Shown here one piece after another: positions 47,282 to 60,471 of a stretch of DNA of 64,000 bases. Numbering within the stretch: position 1 is the stretch's first letter; every line of letters starts with the position of its first letter. The position numbers and the translations under genes are program-made. A model generated the notes under the pieces. That model saw nothing but the letters and a program-made list of their open reading frames with translations. It was not told the DNA's origin and searched no databases. Location: assembly GCA_009103225.1 (NCBI GenBank), contig RHPI01001517.1, positions 322,505-386,504 of the forward strand, in the 5' to 3' direction. Source of the DNA: Chlorokybus atmophyticus (Eukaryota; Plantae; Mesostigma and Chlorokybus algae).

Positions 47282-50200
47282 TATAAGGAACTAGTGTGCA
47301 TGTATGCGCCCTACCTCATACATGCGCTCACACTAGGGGAACAACAAGTGCAATAGCATGTCAACAACAAAGAGAAGTATGTTCCTGTTGCAGTTCCACC
47401 CGTATGCACCACATACAGTGACATATATACTAAGCTAGTCAACATTAGAAACAACTAGTCAACCTTAGTCAAAGTCAACTCTAGTCAACCCTAGTCAATA
47501 ATCAAAGTCTTGAAACTCCCATAACTCCTATTGACTGTAACTCCCATTGCGTATTCGCCGCACATGGTCCAAGTAACATCAACAAGCTGACTATACTATA
47601 AGCATACTACCCTAGCAAACCTTATATGCTTAACCTTCAGCATGTACTATAAGCAAACTATACTGGCAAACCTCATATGCTTAACCTTCAACACTCCAAC
47701 GCAGGCAGCTTGTTGTCCACAGCTGCATATCAGCATGCACAAGCTCCCACGCCTTCATTGCCTTCAAGTTGACTTGGAACTCTCGCTCCAATACATGACG
47801 CTAGCACCTCGAGCTGCTCACTCCCAATGCTTGTCACCCTACAAACTGCTCGCTTGCATATAGTATACCTTGAGCACTATACCATGCTCGCAGAGTGTAA
47901 CCTCCACGCTTCTCACGCTTAGCTACTCCTCTCATATCCATGTTCAAGTATCACGCTCAAACACCATGCTGCTGAGTAGACAGCAACCACGCGCTCTTGG
48001 CATGCCCCGCAAGTACTTCACGCACTGCAACACTTCAAATTTAAATACATTCGCTCCCACGCATGAAGGACGCCTCCTCCACCAAGTACTGCTCGCACTC
48101 GGCACCAAGCTACATCCTCCCAGCTTCAGTACAAGGAGATTGCCACCTTCTCCTCCTCCTTCTCCAACCTACATCATAGCCCTAGAGTGCAATTCTCTCA
48201 CCCTTCTTGCTATTAGTGCTCCCATAGGTGGACGTCTTCATTTGGGGACATTGATACTGGAAGTGACCAAGCTCGCCGCAACGCCAACACTCCTTGCCGC
48301 TACCATAAGTGCCTTTCTTTACCATAAGAGCCGTAGCTGCATCTAATCTTTCTTCCCAACCTTCCTACTGCAAGCGCTGCTCTTCTTGAAGAAGCCGTGG
48401 TATTACGCCATCAAGTGTCAACTCCTCCGTTGCAGACTCCATAATGGTCACCACCACCCTGTACTCCTTTGGCAACACCAAAAGCACAACCCACACCACT
48501 TCATGCTCTTTCAACTCGTGCCCGACATTCAGCAAGTCCTTCCACAACGCCTTTGCACGCACCACAAACTTGATGATTGGCTCTCCACTCTCCTTCCGCA
48601 ATACATTCAACTCTTGCCTCAACTGCAGCCTCCTCGCCATGTTGTGAGCTTTGAAGTGGCTCTCAAGCTTTGCCCAAAACTCCTTTGCACCTTTGCACTC
48701 TCTCACCATAATCAAGTGATGCTCAGCAACGTGCAAACCCAGCAATGCCAAAGCTTTCTTCCCTTCTTCCCTTCACCCAGGTTGCCTCCTTTCCCGAAGG
48801 CACATCCTCCGTGGGGTCCACATACTTTCACATGTCCTTGTGTACCAGCAACAGCTCCATTCTGATGCTCCAGGTGCTATAGTTGTCCATGTCTGGTGGC
48901 TCAATTGTGATCTTCATGTTGTCCATGTTTCCTTAACGTTGGTTGCCCTTCTGCTACACACAGAGTCCGGAACCTACTCCCCTTCAGCAACCACAACTTC
49001 TTACACGACCACAACACACTTACACTCTAAGCATGTGTGAGCCCATAACCTGTTAAGAACTACTGTGCATGTATGAGCCCCACCTCATACATGCGCTCAC
49101 ACTAGGGGAACAATAAGTGCAATAGCATGTCAACAACAAAGAGAAGTATGTTCCTATTGCAGTTTCACCTGTATGCGCCACATACAGTGACTTATATATT
49201 AAGCTAGTCAACACTAGAAGAGACTAGTCAACCCTAGTCAAAGTTAACTCTAGTCAACACTAGTCAACGGTCAAAGTCAACCCCAGTCAATGGTCAAAGT
49301 CAAAGTTGACCGTAAGTCTTGTAACTCCCGTAACTTTTGGTCATTGTAACTCGCATTACGTAACCGCCGCACATGGTCTAAGTAACATCAACAAGCTGAC
49401 TGTACTATAAGCATACTATAATAGAAGCAAACCTCATATGTGTTGAGAACTAGTGATGCGCCTAGTGTGTGTGTATTTGCCTCTTACATACAAGTGTGCA
49501 CACACTAAGGACAAGTGCAAAAAGCACGCCAACTATAGAGACAATGTGCGACCCACTGTATTAAGTAGTATACAGTGTCTTATATACTATGCTACTAAGT
49601 ACAAGTCAACTCTAGTCAACTCTGGTCAAAGTCAACACTAGTCAACACTAGTCAATGGTCAAAGTCAACGGTCAATGTCAAAGTTGACTATGGTTGACCA
49701 TAACTGCCGTAACTCCCGTAACTCTCGTAACACCCATAACTATAAGGTTAAGCTGATCGTACCAACTACATATAGGCGCCGCCTATACTTTCAACAAGCT
49801 ATAACATTTAACACTCCCACGCGAGCAGCTTGACCTTGAACTCCGAGTTCTTCGCGCAAGCTTACCCACATTAACTTACTCCATTAAAAACTCCCACGGA
49901 TCTGTTTCTCTCAACGGACTTCAAGTTGATGCTGGTCTCCATGACACCACTAAGACCACAAGGTTCCAATACTCCTTGTTTCCTCCTCATAGTTGTCATA
50001 TCAGGTTCCACCACGCCACGCCTGACCTTACTCGTGGTTTCGTGGTTTCGAGGACTCCCTCAATGGCAAACTATGCTATAAACTACACTGAGTTCTCTAC
50101 CTTAGCAATGCTGTACCAGAATGTAGGCCGTGCAAGGGTTGATCAGGCCCTTCTACCAAGGAAAGCACCCCTCCCATCTCCTGTTAGCTAGCTATACAAC

Positions 50201-51759
50201 TCAGTCCTTGCATGCCAATCAATTGAAGTGTTTAATCCAGTACCGCACACCTATGTACTACCAAAAAACAACTCCACAGAAATGCAACCTCTAGTGTATG
50301 CAGCTCAACACCAGCAACTACTCATAGGCTAGCAGTAACTCTCACAGACCTTTGTGTCTGCGACCTCCGTCTACGCATGTCCTTCACGCGCCCTTGCAAT
50401 GGGAGAGGACGGACGAACACCATCCACTGCAACTCCTTGAGGTCCTCACCAATGTTAGAAAGCAATCGCCATCGTGGCGTGCTCCTCCTTGGTTGCCTCA
50501 TTGTGGATCCTCTTCTGGCACTCGCGAATGAAGTGGCCCTTCATCTTGCAGTAGTGACACTCTTTGTCACGTGGTGGCTTCCCACCACCTGCTTTGCTCC
50601 TGCTTCGTGTGTGTTGAGAAGATGAGGCAGAAAGTGCGATTGGTTCTCCACCATTCTCTATCTCCTGAACATCCAACTTGCCTTCCACAGCTAGCAGCTT
50701 AGGCACTACATCAGCAAACTTCAAAACCACATCTGAGGACTCCAACACAATCACTAGCGTAGCAAAGCTCTTTCCTAAGCCAGCTAAGACTGCCCATATC
50801 ACCTCCTCTTCCTTCACATCGTGGCCCACTGCTGCAAGGTCTTGCCAAAGCTCCCTTGCACGCTAGATGTACTTCTGGATTGGCTCTTTGTGCTCCATCT
50901 TTAGAAGTGTCAGCTTGCGTTTCAGCTGCAACTTGCGCGAGTTGCTGTTGGCCTTGAAGAGGGTGTCGAAGACCTCCCACGCCTCACGTCCAGTCTTGCA
51001 ATCCGCAATAAGAGGGAGATAGAAGTCTTTGACGTGCAAGCCTATCAGCGCAAAAGCTGATTGTGAGTTCTCTGTCTAGGTACCAGTGTCACCTGTTCTT
51101 GGCCGCAATGATGTGGAGGACTCGACAAAACTCCAGAGCTTCTTGCGGATCAGCACCAACTTCATCTTCAGCGACCATGAAGCGTAGTTGTGCAGATCAA
51201 GGGACTCGATGGGCATCCTATCTGTGTCAGCCATTGCTTGCTACACAATAGTACAACTCACCCTCTCCCCAAGAACATTCTACTAGTAGGCGCCTATGCT
51301 CAACACTTTCTCTCACTAGCACAAGCAATCACACAAGCGAGTGTGGGCCCATAACCTGTTGAGGACTAGTGATGCGCCTAGTGTGTGTGTATTTGCCTCT
51401 TACATACAAGTGTGCACACACTAAGGACAAGTGCGAGAAGCACGCCAACTATAGCGACAATGTGCGACCCACTGTATTAAGCAGTATACAGTGTCTTATA
51501 TACTATGCTATTAAGTACTAGTCAACTCTAGTCAACTCTGGTCAAAGTCAACACTAGTCAACACTAGTCAATGGTCAAAGTCAACGGTCAAAGTCAAAGT
51601 TGACTATGGTTGACCATAACTGCCGTGACTCCCGTAACTCTCGTATCTCCCATAACATAATATAAAGGTTAAGCTGATCGTACCAACTACATATAGGCGC
51701 CGCCTATACATGTACTTTCAACAAGCTATAACATTTAACAATATGCTTAACCTTCAACA
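47282..51759 (-). mobile_element. Gag-only copia, family 2
   Basis: LTRs ~47282-47693 and 49051-51759 (interrupted); TSD TCATA/TCATG; PBS GGTTATGGGCTC 49039-49050; 1.36-kb interior with gag only (CWRCGELGHFQYQC). Confidence 0.88.
49441..51740 (-). mobile_element. Gag-only copia family 1, copy 2, inserted in the family-2 5' LTR
   Basis: LTRs 49441-49813 and 51357-51740; TSD ATATG at 49436-49440 and 51741-51745; gag carries a premature TAG. Confidence 0.95.
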
Positions 51760-54700
51760 TCATGCACACCCTTACGATTGGTAAATGCCCATTTGGGCAG
51801 TGGATCTTGAGCCCACGGCATCATGTACTCGTACTCCACCCATAACAGGACTACAGCAGACTCATAAAATTTACACCATGCAGGCAAGGCCTCCCGTAAG
51901 CGGTGCCTCATATGTAGACCTTTCACAACCAAGTTGCTAGGTGCTCGCGTGCAAACTCACAATGCTTCATCCAGTCCTCCACCAGCTCCGACTCAATTGC
52001 AGTGTAGTCAAGTGCTATAGTGTACGCTGCCTCTGTTTCTGCCCCCCGTATGTGCCATAAGTGAGTACATGCTCTCTGATCTTGTACCAGTTACAACTTT
52101 TGCACACGACGTCCGATGGGGACGCTTAAGGTGTTACGTCGATGCGCTACACAGCGCTCATGTTATTAAGCGGCGTCCAATAAGAAAGATAATCAAAGAA
52201 GAAAAAAAACGGTTGTTAAAAAACGGCCTCACATAAAAGTTGTGCACCAAACAATGTGCAACCATAGCAAACCGTGTTTAAAATTTAACGTTCTTTAGGT
52301 CTACATAAGCGTCACTGCGTCACAAGGATGCACCCAAAGTTTCATCCCATTCAAGGGTCGTGTGAGACATAAAACGAAGTTAGGGGCAACAATTGCACAT
52401 AAGTGTACAGCTGCTAGGCTATCACAAATGTCACCACAGCTACAAAGTTGTTGTATCGGCCCCCACGGTCAGTAGAGGCCTTACAGCAATATGCACACAG
52501 GTGCCCAAGCTCCTTGCAATTATACCAAATGCGGGCATTACGCTGGCCCCCAATACAAGCCGCCTGGGACTGCATGGGAGCGGTCCTGCAGCTGATGTGC
52601 CCCGCACCAGACGCATGAACTCGGAGTGGCGAGGGGGGTACAAGCCCCGCCCCTTGTTGGGAGTATTGGCAGGCTTTGCCTTGGGCTTGGGCTGCGCCAC
52701 GACCACCTCCTTGATTGCCTTCTTAAGGCGCTTCTCCTCCATGTCATCCGCGGCCAGAGGGTTGCCCTGCAGTTCCTCCACCACCTTCCAACTGTGCTTG
52801 TTGGCCACTTCCACACAGTGGATTTGCTTGAACACTTTGTCCAGCGCTTCGGCGAAAAGCACGTATGAGCAACACTGGTTGCATAAGCACACAGGCTCAA
52901 AGCCGCAGGGTCTAGCGCCATGCGCACCCACATGCCATTCTCAACCTTACCAACCACGTGCCATGGATGCGGATGCAAATGGTGTGCCCTGTTGTGCTTG
53001 TTACCTTGCTGTGAGGTAGTCATAATGTGAATACAGGAGTGGGCATGCAATGGCGTTAGGTGCGGGCCCTCCCCCCCCTCGAACACGGGGGAAGGATGGA
53101 CGCAGACCAAATGCATCTCGAGCATCCATATCAATGAGGAGGCAGCGCCTTTACAAGGCCCGCAACGCACGCATGTGCAAGTGGGCATGGACCAAGTCTG
53201 CACCCACACAATGGTGTTCCAATGATGCTTGTGCACATGACCCTACAAAGAATGAGCCCACCTCTCATGTTCTCTTTGCGGCCGTGGGCGAAGTGGGGAT
53301 TATCGGCAAGGTGAGCGAGCACAAGATCAAGGAGCTCGCCGCCGCGCCAATGTAAGCCGCCACATCCACATGTTGCCAAGCCCGCTTCTCCATGTTCTCC
53401 TTCAAAAAGACCGCGGGTTCATTGAAGCGGTTGTACATCGCCTCCACCCGAGCATTGGGGGTGTTGAAATCCATCTCGCAGCGAAGGATGCTCACTAGTA
53501 GCGGTGATTGTGCTTGGTGGCGACGGGCTCACGAGGGATGGCGGGCGCCTTCTCACGCTTGAGGCGCATGTTTACCGCCTCCAACTCCTCCAACCTCCAT
53601 GCCATTGCCTCTGTGGGTGTCATGGATGGGGTAGAATCGTTGGAAAAGGGGCTTGCCTCCCTCTTCCTATGTGTGTAAGTGATGAAAAGCGGGTCCTCGT
53701 TGTCCTCGTCCTCCTCACCACCGCCACCTTCCTTGTTTACCTCCTCCTCTCCCACGGGGGGGGGGGGGGGGGGGGGGGNNNNNNNNNNNNNNNNNNNNNN
53801 NNNNNNNNNNNNNNNNNNNNNNNNNNNNNNNNNNNNNNNNNNNNNNNNNNNNNNNNNNNNNNNNNNNNNNNNNNNNNNNNNNNNNNNNNNNNNGGGGGGG
53901 GGGGGGGGGGGGGGGGGGGCGCACCTCTCCCTCCTTCCTCAACGCTCTCCTCTCCTCCTCCTTACTCAAGGTGTGGCGACGCGAACTCCTAGCCCGCGAC
54001 AAGCAATTGGCGGCTAGCAACGCCTTCGCAGCCGTGGCCGCCACCTTCTCTCCATCATCTTGGGCACTCGCTTGTAACCGTGTAACCATAATGGAGGTCC
54101 TCCTCCGTGCACACCTCTTTACCACACTTGCCATCCTTGCCAAGGATGGCACCGCCGCGCTAGGGTTTCAAGCAACTAGATAAGGAGCTTGTGACTCATA
54201 ACTCACATCTAGTGCATGCTTATGCCCCTAAGTGCCCAAGGCACAAGGGGCACAAGAGTCTTATAACTTATTAACGAGTTCTTGAGTTCATGGACACGCA
54301 TTTCATGCGCTTTGTGAACTCATATCACACTAGTGCAGACGTCGTGTATAGATCAGCCTATATAAAGTTGTACACTTACACATATGTATTATATTGCACT
54401 TGGGTGCTAGGCGTAGCCACTGTGCTATCGACCCATAGCGACCCCTCAGCATGAGATGTGTGTCGCATAACTCGTGCATGAGTTCTCAAACAGTCTATAA
54501 TGCTGTGCCGAACCCAATACCACTCGACCACATTGACATGCTTACAAACAGTGTTCACCATTATTGAGGCATTGTACTTCACATCGATGAAGTACAGACA
54601 GGTTCCCCAAATGGCCACATTTGTTTAAAACTGTCCTTTGCATTATGACATACAAGACGATATGGCTTGTGATTATTAGCAATTTAATACAACACTTGGC

Positions 54701-55059
54701 ATTGACTATCAACTTTCTGTGGTGTTTAACAGCGTGGGCAAGCTTTTGGCTGAATACTTAACACCAGGGCCCATGGTAGTATCAAGTCGTTGAGGTTTAT
54801 GCTTGCTCTCATCACAATGCTATCAAGTAGCCATAGTTATTCTTGGCTACAAGTTCCACAGCAAGTATAAGTACGTCCCCACATGCGCAGCTATTCGTGA
54901 AATTGGTCACAGTGTAAAAGCAAATACAAACTTGTTGCAAGCGACTTTATTGCATTTAACAGCTTTACAGTAAGATTAAATCTCACGCAAGACTCAAAGG
55001 TTGATATGTATGGTATTGTCACGCCTAATGGGCTAGCAAAATCCACTCTTGATTTGCTT

Positions 55060-57830
55060 ATGTAGGGTTGACTAGTTTTGACTAGCACTCATTAGTGTAT
55101 TATAGTAGGCACCGTATGTTGTACAATACAGAAGATCTAGTTTGCTCTAATAAGCAGCGCCACACTAGTGCGTGTGCATGGTTGCTATTGTGCAACAATT
55201 TCAGCCAACTATAGGCCTACACTAGTACTAGCATAGCATATACGAGTTGGTATAACCTGGGGAGGCGCCATTTTTATTGCAAACTAAGGGAAGCATGGCG
55301 ACCAGCTATAACGACGTTGATATCGAGCAACTAGACCTCGACAACTATGGGACATGGAGCATTTTTGCTGCGGATGCTACTCATGCACAAACACCTATGG
55401 ACGGTGGTGGATCTCGAAAAGAGCGCTCCCAACATGGCGAATGCGAACCACAAGAACAAATCCAATCCAATCAGGCACTTGCGTTGCTAGGACTGAATGT
55501 TGTATAGCATCACTTTGCGCTTATTGCACGTTGCAAGACTGCTGGAGAGTTGTGGCAGAAATCTGCAGATGTGTATAAGGCTAAGAGCAATGCTAGGAAG
55601 TTGCAAGTAAGGAAGCAGTTGAATGCCTTGAAGAAAGATGTTGCTGAGCCTGTCCACGAATTCATCTTGCGAGCTAAGCAGTTGTGGGATGACTTGCTCG
55701 CCATTGGCCATGAAGTGAAGGAGGTGGAGGTCGTTTTGGCGATTCCCGTCGGCCTACTCAAGGAGTTCACAATGACTGTCACCATCATGGAGTCATCCAG
55801 TGAGGAGCTCACCCTTTGAGCGGTTACCTCACGAATTTTGTAAGTTGAGCAACGAGCATCCACTTCGCGCCATTATGATTCAAGGCTGTTGCGTTCGCTG
55901 CACACTCTAACCCACAAGGCAACTACAACAATGGAGGGGGGAAGCAGCAGACGAAGACGCGCACTTGCCACTACCGTAGCAAGAAAGGGCATTTCCAGAA
56001 GGCCTGCAGAAAGTTGAAACGCGATCAGCAACAAAAGCAAGGTTATGATTGGCAGGCTATAGCACTTGCTGCAAGCAACAATGCTACTGATGCGTTAGAG
56101 CTGTGGGAGTAGGCATCGTCATCCTACACTATGGGCACTACAAATGAAGTGGCTCTGAAGGAGGCACTCTATGTGCCAGGCTTAGCCTCCAGCCTGTTAT
56201 TTATCCGAAGAGCTACAAGAGCAGGCGCCAAGGTTAATTTCACTGCTGAGAGGGGTCAAGTCAAAGTGAACAATATTGTTGTTGCAGAAGGCACATTGCG
56301 GCAAAATATGTACTGCATCACATGTGATCGGCAGCATGCATTGTCTGCGATAGTCACTGCATTAGCTATAGCTCAATTCTGACAACAAAGAACTAGAATA
56401 TCTTAGGTGGGACAACCTGGCAAGACTGGTTGCTAAGGACATGGTGGAAGGGATTAGCATTGAGGTGGAGGACATCAAGGCAGCAAATGGTGATCTGTGC
56501 GAGACATGCGTGTTCAGTAAGATCCTAGCCTAGACAGCCTTTTCCTACCTCTTACCGCACCAGTTTAACACCCTTGCAGATTGTGCACATGGACGTATAT
56601 ATATACGATCCCATGCCAGTTGCGTCCATTGGAGGAAGTTGGTACATTGCCACTTATTTGGATGACATCAGCAAACAGGCAGCCATCATTCCAGTTGCTA
56701 CCAAGTCATATGTTGCTGCTGTTGTAAAGCGGACGCTCACCTCCTTCGGATCATAAGTAAGGCTACACCACTGAGTGTGGGAGTTCAGCTACCCAAGGCT
56801 TGAAACATTAACTCTGTGCTTGACACATCGGTCTACCCTTATGGTGAGCTTGTTGGGAGCCTCGTCTACTTATCCATTGTCATGAGGCCTGACATCGCAC
56901 AAGCCGTGGGAGTTGGCGAGACACATGTCAGCACCCACCATAAAGCAATTAAAGGCATTGAAAGGAGTTCTTCGCTACCTCAGAAGCACACAGGACGTGG
57001 GTATCACTTTTGGGAGGAAAACGGTCATCACATTACAGGGCTACTGTGATGCCGTATATGCTGGAGACATCGATATAAGGAGGTCTACCACAGGTTACAC
57101 TGTCTTGATGGGAGAAAGCGTTGTCAGCTGGAACAACCAACTACAACCAATTGTTGCTGCATTTACCACGGAGACCGGGTACATGGCGGCTTCATCTATA
57201 GTAAAGGCAGTGTTGTGGCTTCGCAAGTTGGTCACTGACCTTGGATATGCGCTAGGTCGTGTCACCATTGCATGAGACAACCAAGAAGCGCTCGAGTTGA
57301 GCATGCACCCCATCACATTTGCCGGGTCGAAGCATATTGACACCATGCACCACTTAGTGAGCGGGAGAGTTGCACGAGGGGAAGTGGAATTTTGGTATTG
57401 CAGCACGAAGAACATGCTCGCAGATTGCATAACCAAGCCACTACCACCCACCAAGTTTCAGACATGTTGCGTGGAGCTTGAAGGTGAAGGCTAAATATGC
57501 TCGCATGGGAGTGTTTATGGTACTTGGCTAGGCGCCTTAGCTAAACTTCTATAATCATCTTTACCTTAACAGTTACGGTCAACTGCCGTTATGGCAGTTG
57601 CAGTCCACTATGGTCACTGCTGACTTTGACCTTTAATTTTGACCATTGACTTTGACTTTGACTGGTGTTAGCTAATGTAGACTTTAACCAGGGTTGATTA
57701 GTGTTGACTAGCACTCACTAGTGTACTGTATAAGACACTGTATGTTGTGCAATACAGGGAAATTCACTTTGTTCTACTTGTCAACACCACACTAGTGCGT
57801 GTGCATCGTTGCTACTGTGCAATTTTAATA
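55060..57830 (+). mobile_element. Copia-4: degenerate, internally deleted relative of copia-1
   Basis: Partial 5' LTR, eroded PBS, gag/IN/RT-RH remnants (IVHMDV, YPYGELVGSL, YCDAVYAGD), PPT GCATGGGAG, 3' LTR 57512-57830. Confidence 0.85.
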
Positions 57831-57989
57831 GGGTGGGCTTTTTTGCGACGGGCTCATGAGGGATGGCCGGCGCCTTCCCACGCTTTATGCGTATGCTCTT
57901 TGCCTTTGACCTCCTCGCCATGTCCTCCGCGGACATAATGGACGGGGTGGTAGCGCAGCTTGCATTTACAGCCCTTTTTTTGCGCTAAG

Positions 57990-58310
57990 TTTAAAAGTCC
58001 TCATCCTCGCCTCGACTACTACCCTCCGTTTACCTCCGCTTCTCTCCCACCGCCGAGGGGGCGCACCTCTCCCTCCTCCCTTTCCTCCCTTCCCTCCTCC
58101 ACCTCGCGATGTGAATCTTTAGCCCGCAATAAGCATTTAGCGGCTAGCAACGCCGCGGCGGCCGTGACCGCCACCTCTCGTCCATCATCTTGGGCACTCG
58201 TCTGTGACCATGTGACCATGGTGGAGGGCCGCCTCCGTCCACAGCTCCTCACCACCCTCAGCACCTTGGACAAGGATGGCGGCGCCGTGCTAGGGATTCA
58301 AGCGGTTGGG
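57990..58310 (-). pseudogene. DIRS gag 5' fragment with part of repeat A
   Basis: VVRSCGRRRPSTMVTWSQTSAQDDGREVAVTAAAALLAA matches 15288-15480. Confidence 0.8.
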
Positions 58311-58314
58311 TGAT

Positions 58315-58805
58315 TGAAGTTGAGATTTTACGCACAAGAGGTAAGCGTACATACATCACTTCGTTCTAAGATTTACCTTTTTACCAATTGCTAATTACCA
58401 GTACATTGATAGTAAGTTGGATTTTTACTGTGTGTTACCTTTCCTTGTTGGGTCTAATTTTCTATAAAAGCTTTACCTTCTAAATCTTTTTACTTCTTTG
58501 CATCACAAGATAAGAGGTGTAAATATACAAAAGAATACCTTTTTGCTTAATCATTTATCCATAAAGAGCCGTATGCAGCGAAAGTTGCATATACGGTTCG
58601 GCGAGGATACTATTTATGTCGCTAGAAAATAATCGTATCATTTTTTATTTTAATTATTAAAATTAAAAATGATACGATTATTGATATAAAATTAGAGTAA
58701 AATGCAGCAATGCACCAATGCAGCAATCTGTAATCGCTATATTGCGTCTTGACAACGGATACCAACCGTCTATAGTCAATGATTTTTCTAATCTAGCCGC
58801 ATTAA
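58315..58805 (+). other. AT-rich insert, probably organelle-derived, containing group II intron domain V
   Basis: Abrupt AT enrichment; domain V; near-perfect AT hairpin at 58628-58682. Confidence 0.65.
58566..58599 (+). ncRNA. Group II intron catalytic domain V (fragment)
   Basis: GAGCCGUAU-GCAGC-GAAA-GUUGC-AU-AUACGGUUC: 34 nt, AGC triad, GNRA loop, AY bulge, 9+5 bp stems. Confidence 0.88.
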
Positions 58806-59148
58806 GTGCTAGGCTACAATTACGAGAACTACTGCTTTTTACGCCTTGTGAAAATCACGCGCTTCTTCGGTCTTCAACTTGTCGCTGGCGCCACTGCTGC
58901 CGATGTCGGGGTCGAAGTTTGTAAAGCTTGTACAGCTGCAAAGTTTACCACACTCGCCACCTTCACCCAGGATGGCGCCGCTGTGCTAGGGGTTCTCAAG
59001 CGATTAAACAAGTAGCTAGTGACTCACAGCTCACGCCTAGTAGGTGCTTGTGCCCCATTGTGCCCAAAGCTGTAAGGGCACAAAAGTCTCACAACTCATC
59101 AACGAGTTGAGTTTATGGGCGCGCATATTATGCACTTCCTGAACTCAT
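58806..59148 (+). mobile_element. DIRS right-end fragment (spacer + inverted A)
   Basis: Colinear with 38641-38924. Confidence 0.82.
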
Positions 59149-59615
59149 GTAAGATCATCAAGAAGCTGCAGCAATGATATAATGCCCATGTTGGTGGCGG
59201 ATGCGACCAAGTTTATTTTGTGTAGTGACACATGTTATCGTAAGTGCACCTCGTCATAGAGGTCGGCGCCCCAAGTCCACATTGCCCTCAATGTTCAACC
59301 AGGCAACCGTTGCAAACCACCAGCAGCCACTTTTAGCCAATTAATCGCAGCAAAACCCCGCACAAACGCCCAGCCCATCACAACAACTCCACCTGACACC
59401 GCAGTCGCAGGGGCAAGCTACAATGTATGCGTTCTTGATGCACTGTGCACGTTGCTTCTTGCTTAAACTTCAAACTTTGATGCTTGCTTTTTATATGACT
59501 GGCACAGTGACTCACTGCATGCGTTCTTGATACACGGTGCACATTGCTTCGTGCTCACCTGTGAGGGTTGCATCTTGTATGGCTGGCAGCATGGCTCACA
59601 TGGTTATGCTTGCAG

Positions 59616-60471
59616 AGGGTCGATTGGAACCCCCAACCCAAACGCATTGGGCCGTGCCGTTAGCAACCCTTCCCCAAGCAAGTGGAAGATTGGCAACGAT
59701 GTAAGCACTGTGCGACACTGTGTGTAGCGGATTGTTCTTTAATGGACATTTGGGCATTTGCGAGATTCTGTCGTTGAAATTGTAAACGGCCACTGGGTAG
59801 AGAGCCACGATTATACCGATAAGGACCCTATTCATGACTTCCCGTGCCCAGGTAGTTGGCTTCGAACATGATGATGCGGCCAAGTTCTATAAGGTGTATT
59901 GGACGCTTCAGGAGTGCCCCTTCCACTGGAATGTTGCCTTGAAGAAAGCTACGCAGGTTCGCTATGAGAATGTCACAAAGATCAAGCATGTCCCTGAGAA
60001 GGAGTCCAAGTGGACACTGTTCAACAGCAACAAGTGCAAGTGAGTTGGATCCCTCACCACCATGTATGTTATGCAACATTGCCTTCTTACTCAGCCTCCA
60101 TACACACGTATGCATCTCGCCTATTGTAAACAATTTAATAAAGCACATCCACGCTCTAATGGACCCCGAGACCCAAAAAGCCCAAATGCGCAATGCGCTC
60201 CAAAGTAGGTCACAGGCACTATAATAGCCTAGTGCAGGCTCAACTTAAACTATCGATATTGTGATTAATGCCTTGTTGGTATGACTCTCACATGCAAGTC
60301 ATGGCGGAAATTTAAAGTGACCGACAGTGCAGACCTGGAGCGGAGGACATACATCCATGAATGGGACAATCCCATAATCTGGCAGATGATCGTGCAATGA
60401 TGGTCTTACGCCGTCACTATACCTGGTCGCCGGCAGTTGACGATCAACCACCTTGCATACCTGTTGCTTAC
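59616..60471 (+). pseudogene. Spliced coding sequence of unknown function (exons 59616-59700, 59852-60039, probably 60328-60471)
   Basis: AG/GTAAGC, AG/GTGAGT and GTGAGC sites keep one frame; the third exon contains a TGA. Confidence 0.45.

Larger units (their letters stand above)
46561..54484 (-). mobile_element. DIRS-B: 3'-truncated second DIRS copy (B, A, gag, spacer, RT)
   Basis: Left terminus at 54484; gag 52440-54150; RT (RKLRLIMDLRYVN, VLPYIDDF) split by the insertion at 47282-51759. Confidence 0.92.

Noticed and set aside
53756-53920. Apparent 115-bp insertion in DIRS-B gag
   Set aside because: Homologous copies (15500-15525, 58060-58075) have only a short C/G run here, so the gap is probably a homopolymer break.
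54570-54640. GIVLHIDEVQTG motif (aminotransferase-like or Walker B-like)
   Set aside because: Bounded by stops within ~30 codons and no other family motifs are visible.
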